From positions 1 through 58,453 of the forward strand of contig NIVC01002630.1 in assembly GCA_002269645.1 (NCBI GenBank): DNA of 58,453 bases. The letters are read 5' to 3'. Below are positions 26,168 through 38,143 of this stretch, in pieces. This stretch comes from Macrostomum lignano (Eukaryota). Under the pieces are notes generated by a model. That model was not told the origin of the DNA, ran no database searches, and worked only from the letters and a program-made list of their open reading frames with translations. The position numbers and the translations under genes were made by a program. Within the stretch, counting starts at the first letter, position 1, and each line of letters starts with the position of its first letter.

Positions 26168-29100
26168 CCCAGTTGTTGGAACGAGAAGGCGCTATGAGCA
26201 GCCACAAGCCTTGGATTGCTGCGGTACTGCCTGATTTTGTTGGTTTGCTGGCCTCAGCCCGGTCTCGTTTTCGCATTGAAATTCTCCCTCTATGCCCTTT
26301 CCCCCTCCCTGTCTCACTTCCTCTCGCAATCAGCTCGACAAGGACTAAGCAATAAAACCCGGCCGACCGAGCTGTAATGCGCTTAGTTAGCCGTGGCCTT
26401 GGATTTCGAATTTTTGACGCTTTTTTGGTTCGCGGGCAGTGGGGAGGCCAATCTTCGTAGATTTATTGCGACATCAGTGTGGCGAAAGAGTGTTCGGAGA
26501 AGTAGACGATAAAAATATAGCGAAAATTGGTCGTGAATTCGGTAAGGGAATTAGACTGGGCAGCTTTGACACACGAGATTTTTGGCTTCTATTAGCGTCC
26601 AAGTGGCAGTCAGCGTCACTTTGAATAACGTCTACTGTATTTAGCCACGTACTAACCGAGGCCAACTTTGCTTAACTTTCAAGTGATTCACTGAGACTCA
26701 CAGCACAGACTCAGCCAGGTGAATGTCAATAAAGTTGAGCACCACCCGCTCGTTGGGGGAGCCGATGATGTCGTAGGTGCAGTCGGTCAGCGGCAGGTAG
26801 CCGGAGCCGTCGTAACCTGGCGACTTGATGACCCCGGCCGACTGTTCTGCGCTGCTGAACCTGGTGACCCCGCAGCCGCCTGCAATGATGAGATGGGGCA
26901 TTTTAGCTTAGTGTGTTGACTGGTTCACAGAGAGAGCTGTGCATGTACAGCGGCGCTGACTTTCGCATAGTTAGGCATGTACACTCTCTGCCCTTGGGAA
27001 TGCATTCTTTTCTAGATACTCGGAAAAATTAAACCAAGGAATACTATTGCTGAAACAGTGGGAACGAACCATGACAGCTTGCCAGGTCCCCGCACTATTT
27101 AAGTAGAAACTGATGGGTTGTAGCCTCGTGGTTAAAGTGTCGGACTCACGACTTGAAGGTCGGGGGTTCGATTCTCGATCCCACTAAAACAATTTGTGTC
27201 CTTTAGCAAGACACTTAACTCTGCATTGCTTCAGTTCACCCAGCTGTAAAATGGGTGCCAGCATTAGCTGGGGTAATTGAGGATGTGTGTGGCGACCCCC
27301 CCCCAGTCCTTGGACTGAACAGCCGTACGCAGCCTTCAGATGCGCCGCGCAATAGCTGCGGCTGAGCTGTCGGTTGCACATCTGCTCATTAAGAGCAGGT
27401 GTATTCAATTATTTGATAATTTTTTATTATAAGAAACTGAATGACATCGTGACGACTTGCTGGGAGATGAGCTATTGCGCGGCGCATCTGAAGACTGCGT
27501 ACGGCTGTTCAGTCCAAGGACTGGGGGGGGGGCGCCACACACCCTCAATTACCCCAGCTAAAGCTGGCACCCATTTTACAGCTGAGTGAACTGAAGCAAT
27601 GCAGACTTAAGTGTCTTGCTCAAGGGCACAAATTATTCGAGATCGAGAATCGAACCCCCGACCTTTCAGTCGTGAGTCCGACGCTCTGACCACTAGGCTA
27701 CAACCCCTACCACTTCCAAAAATTTCACAAATCACCGGGGTCGCGCAGAAATCGATTGAGAAGAAAAACTGCGGTGCTTCCATTGTGAGGGACGAGCAAC
27801 AGACATTTTTGAAGATTTTCCTCCCACGGGGACTGGAGGCGGGGAGCAGGCAGTCGGATCGGGCGTTTCGCCACCCCCCCCCCAGTCCCCAGTCTCCGAG
27901 CACCAATTCTGTTTAACTAATGGGAATAATAAATTTTCTCCCATGCTGCAGGCCTTTGCCTCTTAGCACTTAGCACCTGATGCTCGCTTGGCTGTTGATT
28001 GCATTTTCTGGGCCGCTTCCCGCTGCCCACGTTTCAGCCGCCACTAGCAGAAATTGTTGCTCGGGCGAAGGGCGAGTATTTGCTATATATCGGGATGTAT
28101 ACATGTATATATAGGAGTAGAGTAGTTGTTAAGATGGAAATAGGAATGGAAAGGGAGAAAAAGGCGTGAGAGCAAGATAAAGCTGTGAGAGGTAGATAAA
28201 GGTGCGAGAGAGAGAGATGTAGGTATGAGATGGAGATGAAGGTGTGGGGGAGATTAATGTGAGAGTGAGATGAAAGTTAGAGGAAAATGAAGGAGTGGGA
28301 TGCAGGCGAGAGTGAGGTGAAGGTGAGAGGGAGATGCAGGCGAGAGTGAGGTGAAGGTGAGAGGGAGATGCAGGCGAGAGTGAGGTGAAGGTGGGAGGGA
28401 GATGCAGGCGAGAGTGAGGTGAAGGTGGGAGGGAGATGCAGGCGAGAGTGAAGGTGGGAGGGAGATGCAGGCGAGAGTGAGGTGAAGGTGGGAGGGAGAT
28501 GCAGGTGAGAGTGAGGTGAAGGTGGGAGGGAGATGCAGGCGAGAGTGAGGTGAAGGTGAGAGGGAGATGCAGGCGAGAGTGAGGTGAAGGTGGGAGGGAG
28601 ATGCAGGCGAGAGTGAGGTGAAGGTGGTAGGGAGATGCAGGTGAGAGTGAGGTGAAGGTGAGAGGGAGATGCAGGCGAGAGTGAGGTGAAGGTGTGAGGG
28701 AGATGCAGGTGAGAGTGAGGTGAAGGTGAGAGGGAGATGCAGGCGAGAGTGAGGTGAAGGTGGGAGGGAGATGCAGGCGAGAGTGAGGTGAAGGTGAGAG
28801 GGAGATGCAGGTGAGAGTGAGGTGAAGGTGGGAGGGAGATGCAGGTGAGAGTGAGGATAAGGAGTGAGGGAGCTACCTTTCTCTTGGAACTCATATCGAA
28901 TCCGGAAGCCATTCGAGGTCCTGTCCCGCAGCGCGCTGTAGTTGCCATACTCAGCGTAGAGCACCAGGGTGACGTTGGACAGGCCGCGGATTTCGCTGCC
29001 GGATTTATCGCCGCACAGCCTGCGCAGGTAGCTGCCCTCCACGTAGATGTCCACGAATTCCAGCTTGCAGCTGCGGTGGGCGGTTTAGCAACAGCGATGG

Positions 29101-32100
29101 GTTTTGAGATTTTATTTTCAACATTTCATTGTGTTGAACTTATTATAGATAAACTTCTAGCTTGACCTTGGAGGAAACCCCTACCTGATTCATTGGAACG
29201 AGATGGAGATTGGAGATGGGATATGGGAGATGGGAGATGGGAGATGAGATATATGAGAGATATGAGATAGGAGACGGGAGACGGGAGACATGAGACGGGA
29301 GACGGGAGACGGGAGACGGGAGACGGGAGATGGGAGACGGGAGATGGGAGACGGGAGATGGGAGACGGGAGATGGGAGACGGGAGATGGGAGACGGGAGA
29401 TGGGAGACGGGAGATGGGAGACGGGAGATGGGAGACGGGAGATGGGAGACGGGAGATGGGAGACATGAGAGGGAAGACGGGAGATGGGAGACGGGAGATG
29501 GGAGACGGGAGACGGGAGACGGGAGACGGGAGACGGGAGATGGGAGACGGGAGATGGGAGACGGGAGATGGGAGACGGGAGATGGGAGACGGGAGATGGG
29601 AGACGGGAGATGGGAGACGGGAGATGGGAGACGGGAGATGGGAGACGGGAGATGGGAGACGGGAGATGGGAGACGGGAGATGGGAGACAGGAGAGGGAAG
29701 ACGGGAGACGGGAGACGGGAGATGAGAGATGGTATATTGGAGACGGGAGATAGGAGACGGGAGATGCATGGTAGGAGATCGGAGACGCGAATGGAAGAAG
29801 CAAAAAACGGGCCTGATTGAGAACAAGTGCACGGTTTATCAGTGCTTTTTTCTAGGCTGTTTTCCGAGGTGCAAAAACTGCCAAAACACCTGTGTCCAAT
29901 AGTTTTCTTATTTGACTATCCTCAGTTTCGCTCAAGAGGTACATAAAATTGAAATAGCTATTTTTGTTTTGAAGGATAGTCTCCGCTGCAGAATAAATAT
30001 TGCATGCCTGAGAAAACAATTTTATGCTCTAAAAAATAGAGATGGCCAAACGTCTCAACAAGCATAAAAAGCCTGACATGCATGAGCCTATAATCAAGAT
30101 AAAACTGCTCATATCCAACTTGAAGCTTTCCTCTTTCTACTTTTCTTCCCTTAACTAAATCCTGCTAAGCGAGAGGCCGATGCAGTGCACTTTCCCATGC
30201 GGGCGCAGAGTCTGATTGAATTGAGTGCGGTCGCAGCTCAATGGTGTGAGAATTTCTGCAACCAGCCACCCTCTGCCATGGCCCACGGCCCCAATGCTAG
30301 CTTCTAGTGCTGAGAATGCCGCGTCTCCCAGTCAGCTGTCAGCTCACAGATTCTAGAAGAAGCAGGGAGTAGAAGAAGAGAGAGGGGATGCGAGAGTAGG
30401 TGAGGAAAACGGAGAGACTGATGGGAGATGAGAGATGGAGATGAGAGATGATAGATCGGAGATTGAAGATGGGAGATAGGAGATAGAAGATGGGGATGGG
30501 AGAAGGAAAATGGGTGAGAAAAGATGGGAGAGAACAGATAGGAGATGAGAGACGGGAGATGGGAGACTGAAGATGGGAGATGCGAGATTGAAGATGGGGA
30601 TGGGAGATGGAAAATGGGTGAGAAAAGATGGAAGAGAACAGATATGAGATGAGAGACGGGAGATGGGAGACTGAAGATGGGAGATGCGAGATTGAAGATG
30701 GGGATGGGAGATGGAAAATGGGTGAGAAAAGATGGAAGAGAACAGATGGGAGATGAGAGACGGGAGATGGGAGACTGAAGATGGGAGATGCGAGATTGAA
30801 GATGGGGATGGGAGATGGAAAATGGGTAAGAAAAGATGGAAGAGAACAGATATGAGATGAGAGACGGGAGATGGGAGACTGAAGATGGGAGATGCGAGAT
30901 TGAAGATGGGGATGGGAGAAGGAAAATGGGTGAGAAAAGATGGAAGAGAACAGATATGAGATGAGAGACGGGAGATGGGAGACTGAAGATGGGAGATGCG
31001 AGATTGAAGATGGGAGATGGGGGATGGGATATGGAAGATAGGAGATGGGAGATGGGAGATAGGAGATGGGAGATTGAAGATGTGAGATGGGGGGTCGGAG
31101 ATGGGAGATGGGAGATGGGAGATAGGAGATGGGAGAGGAGAGATGGGAGATTGAAGATGTAAGATGGGGGATCGGAGATGGGAGATGGGAGATGGGAGAT
31201 GAGAGATGAGAGATGAGAGAAGGTGAGAAAATGAGAGGGAGGGAGATATGGAGAGGAGACAGAGAGGGGAAGTGAGAAGTGATTGGGAGATTAGTGGGCA
31301 AAAGCGAACAGGAGTTGACACTACAGCCAGACAGATAAAAAAGCATTGCGCGCAGAAGGCATGCGGAAGGTCTAGCAGAGTGTGAGGAGGGCGGGACGGC
31401 AGCTCGGTAGGTAAACGGAGAGAAGTAATGAGGAAAGGAAAAGTCAAGGGAGCCCCGCCGCTCCCCTTTCGAGTCTACCCGCTGCCCCTCGGGCAAGATG
31501 AGGCTGGGAGGCTGGAAAGCCCGGGCTCAAAAGTGAGTTCAAAGTGAGCTGGAAAGAAGCAACTGACTGGATCTGAACTCTGAGGAAGAGGGCTGGACTA
31601 AGGGGGGGGTATGGCGGCCTCTCCTCTGTCCTTCGCTTGCAAAATCGACTGCTCAGATGACCGCTTAATGAGCAGATAAGACAGAAATGATGACTGAGAA
31701 ATCGACTCGGGAGTCTAAACGAAAATATGACGGCAGGAATTTTTTGTGGGGCAAAAAAACGGGTTCCGCTTGCACGCTTGCATGACAAAGGGAGAGTTTT
31801 TGTAATTTTTTTGCAATTGCCAGCGCTATCCCATTGTTTTTTTGCCGGCAGCAGAGTTCAGCGCAGATCACTTTCACCCGCTGGCGGCTTCCGGAGCGGC
31901 GCTACTTTGCCGGGGAATTGGGAGGGCGGAAGCTCAGGAGCGGTGAGTGATCCAGTTAGTGCTTTTGGGAAGTTCACAAGCGAGAAATGAGAGGCAGAGA
32001 ACTCAGAGTCAGAGAGAGAGAGAGTCACTCTGAGGTGCCACTTATACTCTCTGGCCCCTGCCGTGGCGTATTTACCTTAATTAATTCAATTACTCAAGAC

Positions 32101-34677
32101 ACAACTGGACCGCTGGGATTTGGCCCGCGGGGGGGGGGCTGCTGAGGTGGGGAACTGCTGGCCACCGTAGAGAAGAAGGCCGGCGAGGTTAGGGAGGCAG
32201 AAATTTTCCAACTCTTCTTTCCAAAAGAGAGCTGGAGCCAAGACCAGAAAAGTACACCTGCACCGAGGCTTGGAGGCCAGCGATTTTATCCTCACGCAGA
32301 CCTGGAGAAATCTATGCTGGAATAGAGAGGGGGCGGATACCCCCAGGCACATTCGGGTGCGATAGTTCTGCCATTTGATACAGATCAATCCTTGATCCCA
32401 GATAGAAATATCCCTATTGAACCGCGCCAGCAGCAGCAGCAACAACAGCTGCAGGTGAATGCCGGCCAAAGTGGTAATCGGCCGTTTCTCGAGACTTGAG
32501 AGAGCTCTGCTACCGCTCTCGCTGCAAATGTACTTCCTCGTCTGTTTTCATCCTGTGCCATCAATAGGGGGGATTTCTTTTCTGTTCTCTCCCTCTGCGA
32601 GGATCGGGATTTGACCAGCAGAGTGTGAATCCCATTTTGATGTTCCCTCGATCCGCCTCGATCCCTTCAGCTCGAACTAGTTTGCGGCGAAATAATTTCT
32701 AGTCCTTCTCAATTTCTCTTCCCATCTCCGAACTTCACTGAGTTGGAGCTCCATAGACCCTGCGGCTCCAAGCCCCATCCCTCCCGATCCTCTCAAACTC
32801 CACAGCTCCGCTTTGGAATCCCCAGCTCCCACCGTTTTTATAAAGCCCGTTTTATCAGTTACTGCGACAGGGTGGCAACACAGTATGGAGCGAGAATGAG
32901 TGCACATCTCATTGGAGAATGAGTGCACATCTCATTGGAGAATGAGTGCACATCTCATTGGAGAATAAGTGTAACCCGAAATGACCTGATATAACTCGAA
33001 CTGATCTGACATAACCGAAAATGACCTGACGTAACCCGAAATGATCTGACATAACCGAAAATGACCTGACATAACCGAAAATGACCTGACATAACCGAAA
33101 ATGACCTGACATAACCGAAAATGACCTGACATAACCGAAAATGACCTGACATAACCGAAAATGACCTGACATAACCGAAAATGACCTGACATAACCGAAA
33201 ATGACCTGACATAACCGAAAATGACCTGACATAACCCCAACTGATCTGACATAACCGAAAATGACCTGACATAACCGAAAATGACCTGACATAACCGAAA
33301 ATGACCTGACATAACCGAAAATGAACTGACATAACCCTAAATGACCTGACATAACCCGAAATGATCAAATTGATTGCGAAATTTTTACCTCGCATTGATT
33401 CTGTTTCATTTTTAGCATCGAGATCCAAAAGAACTCGGATGACTGCATCAAGCCAGCATTAATGCTTATTAATAACAAGAATTGAGTTACAATTTGCAAT
33501 CCGCTTGACCCAGCCAGGCCCTCTCACCCCGAGTTCTCCTGGCCGATCTGAAACTCGATGAGCCGCAGCTGGATGACCTTGGTCGGGCCGGTCAGCAATA
33601 CAAAGGAGAAGCAAATCCCTTTGGGGAAGCTGGAGTGCCCATAGTTCGGAGACTTCAGCTCGCCCGAGCTTGAGAAGTTGCTGTGGTACACGGTCTCATG
33701 CGCTGCAGGAGTGAGCAATCGAAATTGATTACTGTTGAGATTCGTGCAATGACAAGCTCTGTTCTTAGCTCACAGCCGCAGGACACTCAACAACATCACA
33801 GACACCCACAGCCGCAGGACACTCAACAACATCACAGACAACCACAGCCGCAGGACAATCAACAACATCACAGACACCCACAGCCGCAGGACATTCAACA
33901 ACATCACAGACACCCACAGCCGCAGGACACTCAACAACATCCCAGACAACCACAGCCGCAGGACACTCAACAACATCCCATACATCCCCAGCCGCAGGAA
34001 ATTCAACAACATCCCAGACGCCCAAAGCCGCAGGACATTCAAAAACATCACAGACGCCCACAGCCGCAGGACATTCAAAAACATCACAGACACCCACAGC
34101 CGCAGGATTCAACAACATCCCAGCCGCAGGACATTCAAAACATCACAGACCCACAGCCGCAGGACATCACAGACCCACAGCCGCAGGACATTCAACAACA
34201 TCACAGACACCCACAGCCGCAGGACACTTAACAACATCCCAGACAACCACAGCCGCAGGACACTCAACAACATCACAGACACCCACAGCCGCAGGACACT
34301 TAACAACATCCCAGACAACCACAGCCGCAGGACACTCAACAACATCCCATACATCCCCAGCCGCAGGACATTCAACAACATCCCAGACGCCCAAAGCCGC
34401 AGGACATTCAACAACATCCCAGGCACCCACAGCCGCAGGACATTCAACACCATCCCAGACACCCAAAACATTCAACAACCAAGGCAGCAGTAATCAAACA
34501 CTCACCGCTGCACCGAAAGGACCGAACTCCGGGCACGAAGACAGACATCGCTGCCAAAGCCAGCAAAAGAGCAGTGCCGAGATTTAGCCACAGCGACTGC
34601 GTCGGACGCCGCTCTCGCTGCTGCTGAGTGCGCGGTTGGCAGCGATCCGTATCGGTCGACGAGCCGCCGCCAGTCAT
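17803..34677 (-). CDS. Type I membrane protein: signal peptide, 3x CUB, LDLa-like, TM, low-complexity tail (NETO/SOL-1/LEV-10-like architecture), about 755 aa, 10 exons
   Basis: Exons 34677-34506, 33702-33528, 29070-28877, 26879-26702, 25066-24870, 23525-23325, 22017-21882, 20298-20213, 19145-18990, 18575-17803. GT-AG with consistent phases; 2268 nt. CUB motifs GELKSPNY, GVIKSPGY..DCTYDI, GVISSPSF..RCAWII, LCG/ACG/FCA, GFRIRY/GFQLKY. LDLa end RCDGRQSC..SDEEDC. TM YIAGVATGSVCSAVILGLSAVLICFLC followed by RGRRRR. Confidence 0.85.
19179..19640. repeat. 42-bp minisatellite (GACAGGTGACGAGTCAAAGTTCACGAGTGACAGGTGATGATT)
   Basis: Read directly; intron 8 of the CUB gene. Confidence 0.95.
19665..20188. 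repeat. 25-bp minisatellite (AGCTTACCGAGGAGTGAAAGACACC), about 21 units
   Basis: Head-to-tail units with no spacers; intron 8. Confidence 0.97.
21161..21844. repeat. 30-bp minisatellite (ACTGAAGGACCTGAGAGAGTTGTGGCGTCA)
   Basis: Read directly; intron 7. Confidence 0.95.
22045..22627. repeat. (GACT)n microsatellite grading into a 29-bp unit (GACT)4-TGAGTGAGTGGGT
   Basis: Read directly; intron 6. Confidence 0.95.
23595..24720. repeat. 17-bp minisatellite (CAGATGAGCTAGAGACC and variants)
   Basis: Fills most of intron 5. Confidence 0.95.
26114..26167. repeat. (CT)n microsatellite
   Basis: Read directly. Confidence 0.9.
27114..27431 (+). mobile_element. tRNA-derived CORE-type SINE (copy 2), full length
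   Basis: A/B boxes and CORE-like segment. 9-bp TSD AGAAACTGA at 27105-27113 and 27432-27440. Confidence 0.88.
27470..27707 (-). mobile_element. tRNA-derived CORE-type SINE (copy 3), lacking the 3' end
   Basis: Reverse-complement homolog of copy 2, from the head to GCGCAATAGCT. Confidence 0.85.
28295..28860. repeat. 34-bp purine-rich minisatellite (GAGAGTGAGGTGAAGGTGRGAGGGAGATGCAGGC)
   Basis: Read directly; ends about 15 bp from the donor at 28876. Confidence 0.95.
29203..29775. repeat. Heptamer repeat (GGGAGAY)n
   Basis: Alternating GGGAGAC/GGGAGAT units. Confidence 0.96.
30420..31260. repeat. GGGAGAT-derived degenerate repeat containing a 104-bp higher-order unit
   Basis: GAGATGAGAGACGGG recurs at 30542, 30646, 30750, 30854 and 30958. 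Confidence 0.9.
32892..33362. repeat. Three copies of a 23-bp hairpin unit (GGAGAATGAGTGCACATCTCATT) followed by a 20-bp array (ATAACCGAAAATGACCTGAC)
   Basis: Read directly. Confidence 0.93.
33771..34470. repeat. 36-bp minisatellite (CCACAGCCGCAGGACACTCAACAACATCACAGACAC)
   Basis: Fills most of intron 1 of the CUB gene. Confidence 0.95.
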
Positions 34678-34978
34678 CCATAAACCGTTCCGATGCGCTC
34701 GCAGCACGGCGCGCTACCTGAATGGCAGCAGTTGGTTGCGCTGGATAGTGGAGAGCTGGCCGGCTGGCCCAAGCAGTTGGGGACAAAATCTGAGACGCTG
34801 GCACTCGTCTATTGCGGTGGATTGAAGTCTATAAATTGCTCTGCCTTCCTCTGGGCCACGCCGTCTCTGATTGGCTGGCCGGACTTTGGCCACTGTGTGG
34901 GGGGACTGCACCTCGCAGCTGACCGCAATCGCGAGCTGAGCCTAAAATATCTCTCGATAGTCTATTTACCAATCGAGT

Positions 34979-35382
<404 letters not shown>

Positions 35383-35890
35383 GAACGAAGCCGAACAGAG
35401 CGCACAGTCAGTTTCATTCCATCGCCACTAGTAATTCTTTCTCGACCCGTCGCCCGTCAGCCGCCCCCTCCCCGAGCTCCAACTGGCGTAATTGAGTTGG
35501 CCCGAGTTTGTGTCCCGGGGCCGCAGACCCCGAGGCTTCAACTGGCGGTCGGTGAAGCGGAATGCGCAGCTTTAGTAGAAGAGAGCCGGTGCGAAAGGGC
35601 CCGTTTCCTTGCACTTATTTGCATAGACAGGCTGGCCGGCAGGCAGTACAAATGCTGGCCACAGGCGTTCTCTTGCAGCATATGATTAATGCGATTTATT
35701 TCCAATCTCTGCGACACAAATTGTTTGTTTGGCTCGATTCTAACCTAACGCATTCGGTTTCTCTGCGTTTGGAATTTCGACATGACTGGCAAAATCTACT
35801 CCAGGTTGCTTGCGTCTCAGTTGATGAAATTTAAAAGTACAATTGTTGGCTAGCTTGAAACTGCATGCGTGGCGATATCAACTCAAGGTA

Positions 35891-37022
35891 TAGCTCTGCT
35901 CAATGGTGTCTGTTCTCAACACCAGCTCTGCTCGGATGGTGTCTGTTCTCAACACCAGCTCTGCTCGGATGGTGTCTGTTCTCAACACCAGCTCTGCTCG
36001 GATGGTGTCTGTTCTCAACACCAGCTCTGCTCGGATTGTGTCTGTTCTCAACATCAGCTCTGCTCAATGGTGTCTGTTCTCAACACCAGCTCTGCTCAAT
36101 GGTGTCTGTCTGTTCTCAACACCAGCTCTGCTCAGATGGTGTCTGTTCTCAACACTAGCTCTGCTCAGATGGTGTCTGTTCTCAACACCAGCTCTGCTCA
36201 GATGGTGTCTGTTCTCAACACTAGCTCTGCTCAGATGGTGTCTGTTCTCAACACCAGCTCTGCTCAATGGTGTCTGTTCTCAACACCAGCTCTGCTCGGA
36301 TTGTGTCTGTTCTCAACATCAGCTCTGCTCAATGGTGTCTGTTCTCAACACCAGCTCTGCTCAATGGTGTCTGTCTGTTCTCAACACCAGCTCTGCTCAG
36401 ATGGTGTCTGTTCTCAACACTAGCTCTGCTCAGATGGTGTCTGTTCTCAACACCAGCTCTGCTCAGATGGTGTCTGTTCTCAACACTAGCTCTGCTCAGA
36501 TGGTGTCTGTTCTCAACACCAGCTCTGCTCAGATGGTGTCTGTTCTCAACACTAGCTCTGCTCAGATGGTGTCTGTTCTCAACACCAGCTCTGCTCAGAT
36601 GGTGTCTGTTCTCAACACTAGCTCTGCTCAGATGGTGTCTGTTCTCAACACCAGCTCTGCTCGGATGGTGTCTGTTCTCAACACCAGCTCTGCTCAGATG
36701 GTGTCTGTTCTCAACACCAGCTCTGCTCGGATGGTGTCTGTTCTCAACACCAGCTCTGCTCGGATGGTGTCTGTCTGTTCTCAACACCAGCTCTGCTCGG
36801 ATGGTGTCTGTCTGTTCTCAACACCAGCTCTGCTCAGATGGTGTCTGTTCTCAACACCAGCTCTGCTCAGATGGTGTCTGTTCTCAACACCAGCTCTGCT
36901 CAGATGGTGTCTGTTCTCAACACCAGCTCTGCTCAGATGGTGTCTGTTCTCAACACCAGCTCTGCTCGGATGGTGTCTGTTCTCAACACCAGCTCTGCTC
37001 GGATGGTGTCTGTTCTCAACAG
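35891..37022. repeat. 33-bp minisatellite (CTCTGCTCAGATGGTGTCTGTTCTCAACACCAG)
   Basis: About 34 units with small indel variants. Confidence 0.97.
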
Positions 37023-37504
37023 CATGACGCTTCTCTTTCTTGAAAAATGAGGAATTTCTTCTGCTGTAAACAGTCTAACCTGATGTGAAAACATAGAATG
37101 AACAGTCAATAAAAAGCGCAAGAAGATTCTGGCACAGTAGGATCAAGGATAGCGGAAGATGAAGCGCACGTGACAGGCTGGCTCTGCGGGGAATGCTTTC
37201 CGCTTCGGCGGGCAGTATAGGGGATGGAGCGTTACACCTGGCCTCTCTTGCTTCCTGCAGCATCTGGGAGTGAGTTTGCGGCTGATGAAGCGGCGCCAAG
37301 TCTCATGGGGGCTTTGAACTCACTGTATAGGTTTATTCTCTGACTAGCTTACAAGATACAACAGTAGTACAATACTTTTTCAGGGAATCAATGAATGAAG
37401 TTTTTTCTCCAACTTTCCATAGTCTATGGCGCAGATACTACGAGTATAGTCAACTGAATACGAGTACCAAGCAGTGTTCAGTTCGATGAAGGAGTGCACT
37501 TCTG

Positions 37505-38143
37505 GCGGGCAGGTAACGGAGCTTCCGCGCTGTCAGCAGTTCGTCTACCTCGGCGGTCTGGTACCTGACGTTCGCGAAGATCTGCGGCGTCGCCTCGGGC
37601 TTGCCTGGGCTGCCTTTTGCTCTGTGAGGGCGGTCCTGCAGTCCGAGGCCCTGCCTGACCGCCAGAGGGCGGCGCTGTTCCAGGCGGTGGTCGAGACCGT
37701 TCTGTTGTAAAACGCCGAGACCTGGACGCTGACGGATTCGCTCGAACAGCAAGTCAACGCGGCGCACGCTGGCCTGCTGCGCGCCGCCTTTAAGATCAGC
37801 GACGAGCGGATCACTAACGCGGCACTCTATCGCCGCGCCGGCCTGGCCCGTCCAAGTGAACTGCTGAGACTTCGGCGACTCCAGCTGGCAGGCCACATCA
37901 TCCGCGCCGAGTCCTACTGCCCGCAGCCGGTGCAGGAGGTGCTGCTGCTAACGCTGCAGGCACCCTACTACCGGCGCGGCCAGGCCCGAACTCGGCATTT
38001 CGTCGACTGCCTGCTGGCCGACGCTGGCGCCCCGGACTCTGCCGGCGGTGCGGCCTTTGTTCGCGCCCAGGCTCTGAAGCGTGCCCTGTGACGCTGCTTT
38101 TTTTCACCTGACAGCGTACTTTGTTGTTGTTGTTGTTGTTGTT
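37505..38143 (+). mobile_element. 5'-truncated RTE-like non-LTR retrotransposon fragment (RT C-terminal region), inactivated
   Basis: Reads FVYLGG..LRRRLGLAWAAF..VETVLL*NAETWTLT..RRLQLAGHIIR. In-frame TAA at 37708-37710 where Tyr is expected (VLLY.AETW), natural stop 38089-38091, (TTG)n tail 38120-38143. Confidence 0.8.

Noticed and set aside
27115-27185. tRNA gene at the SINE heads
   Set aside because: A/B boxes are present, but the acceptor and anticodon stems pair poorly, copies differ at the anticodon, and the sequence runs on into a shared SINE body.
32086-32469. Signal-peptide-like ORF as an alternative first exon of the CUB gene
   Set aside because: It starts at TTG, the Leu run comes from a (CTG)n triplet tract, and I found no phase-compatible donor.
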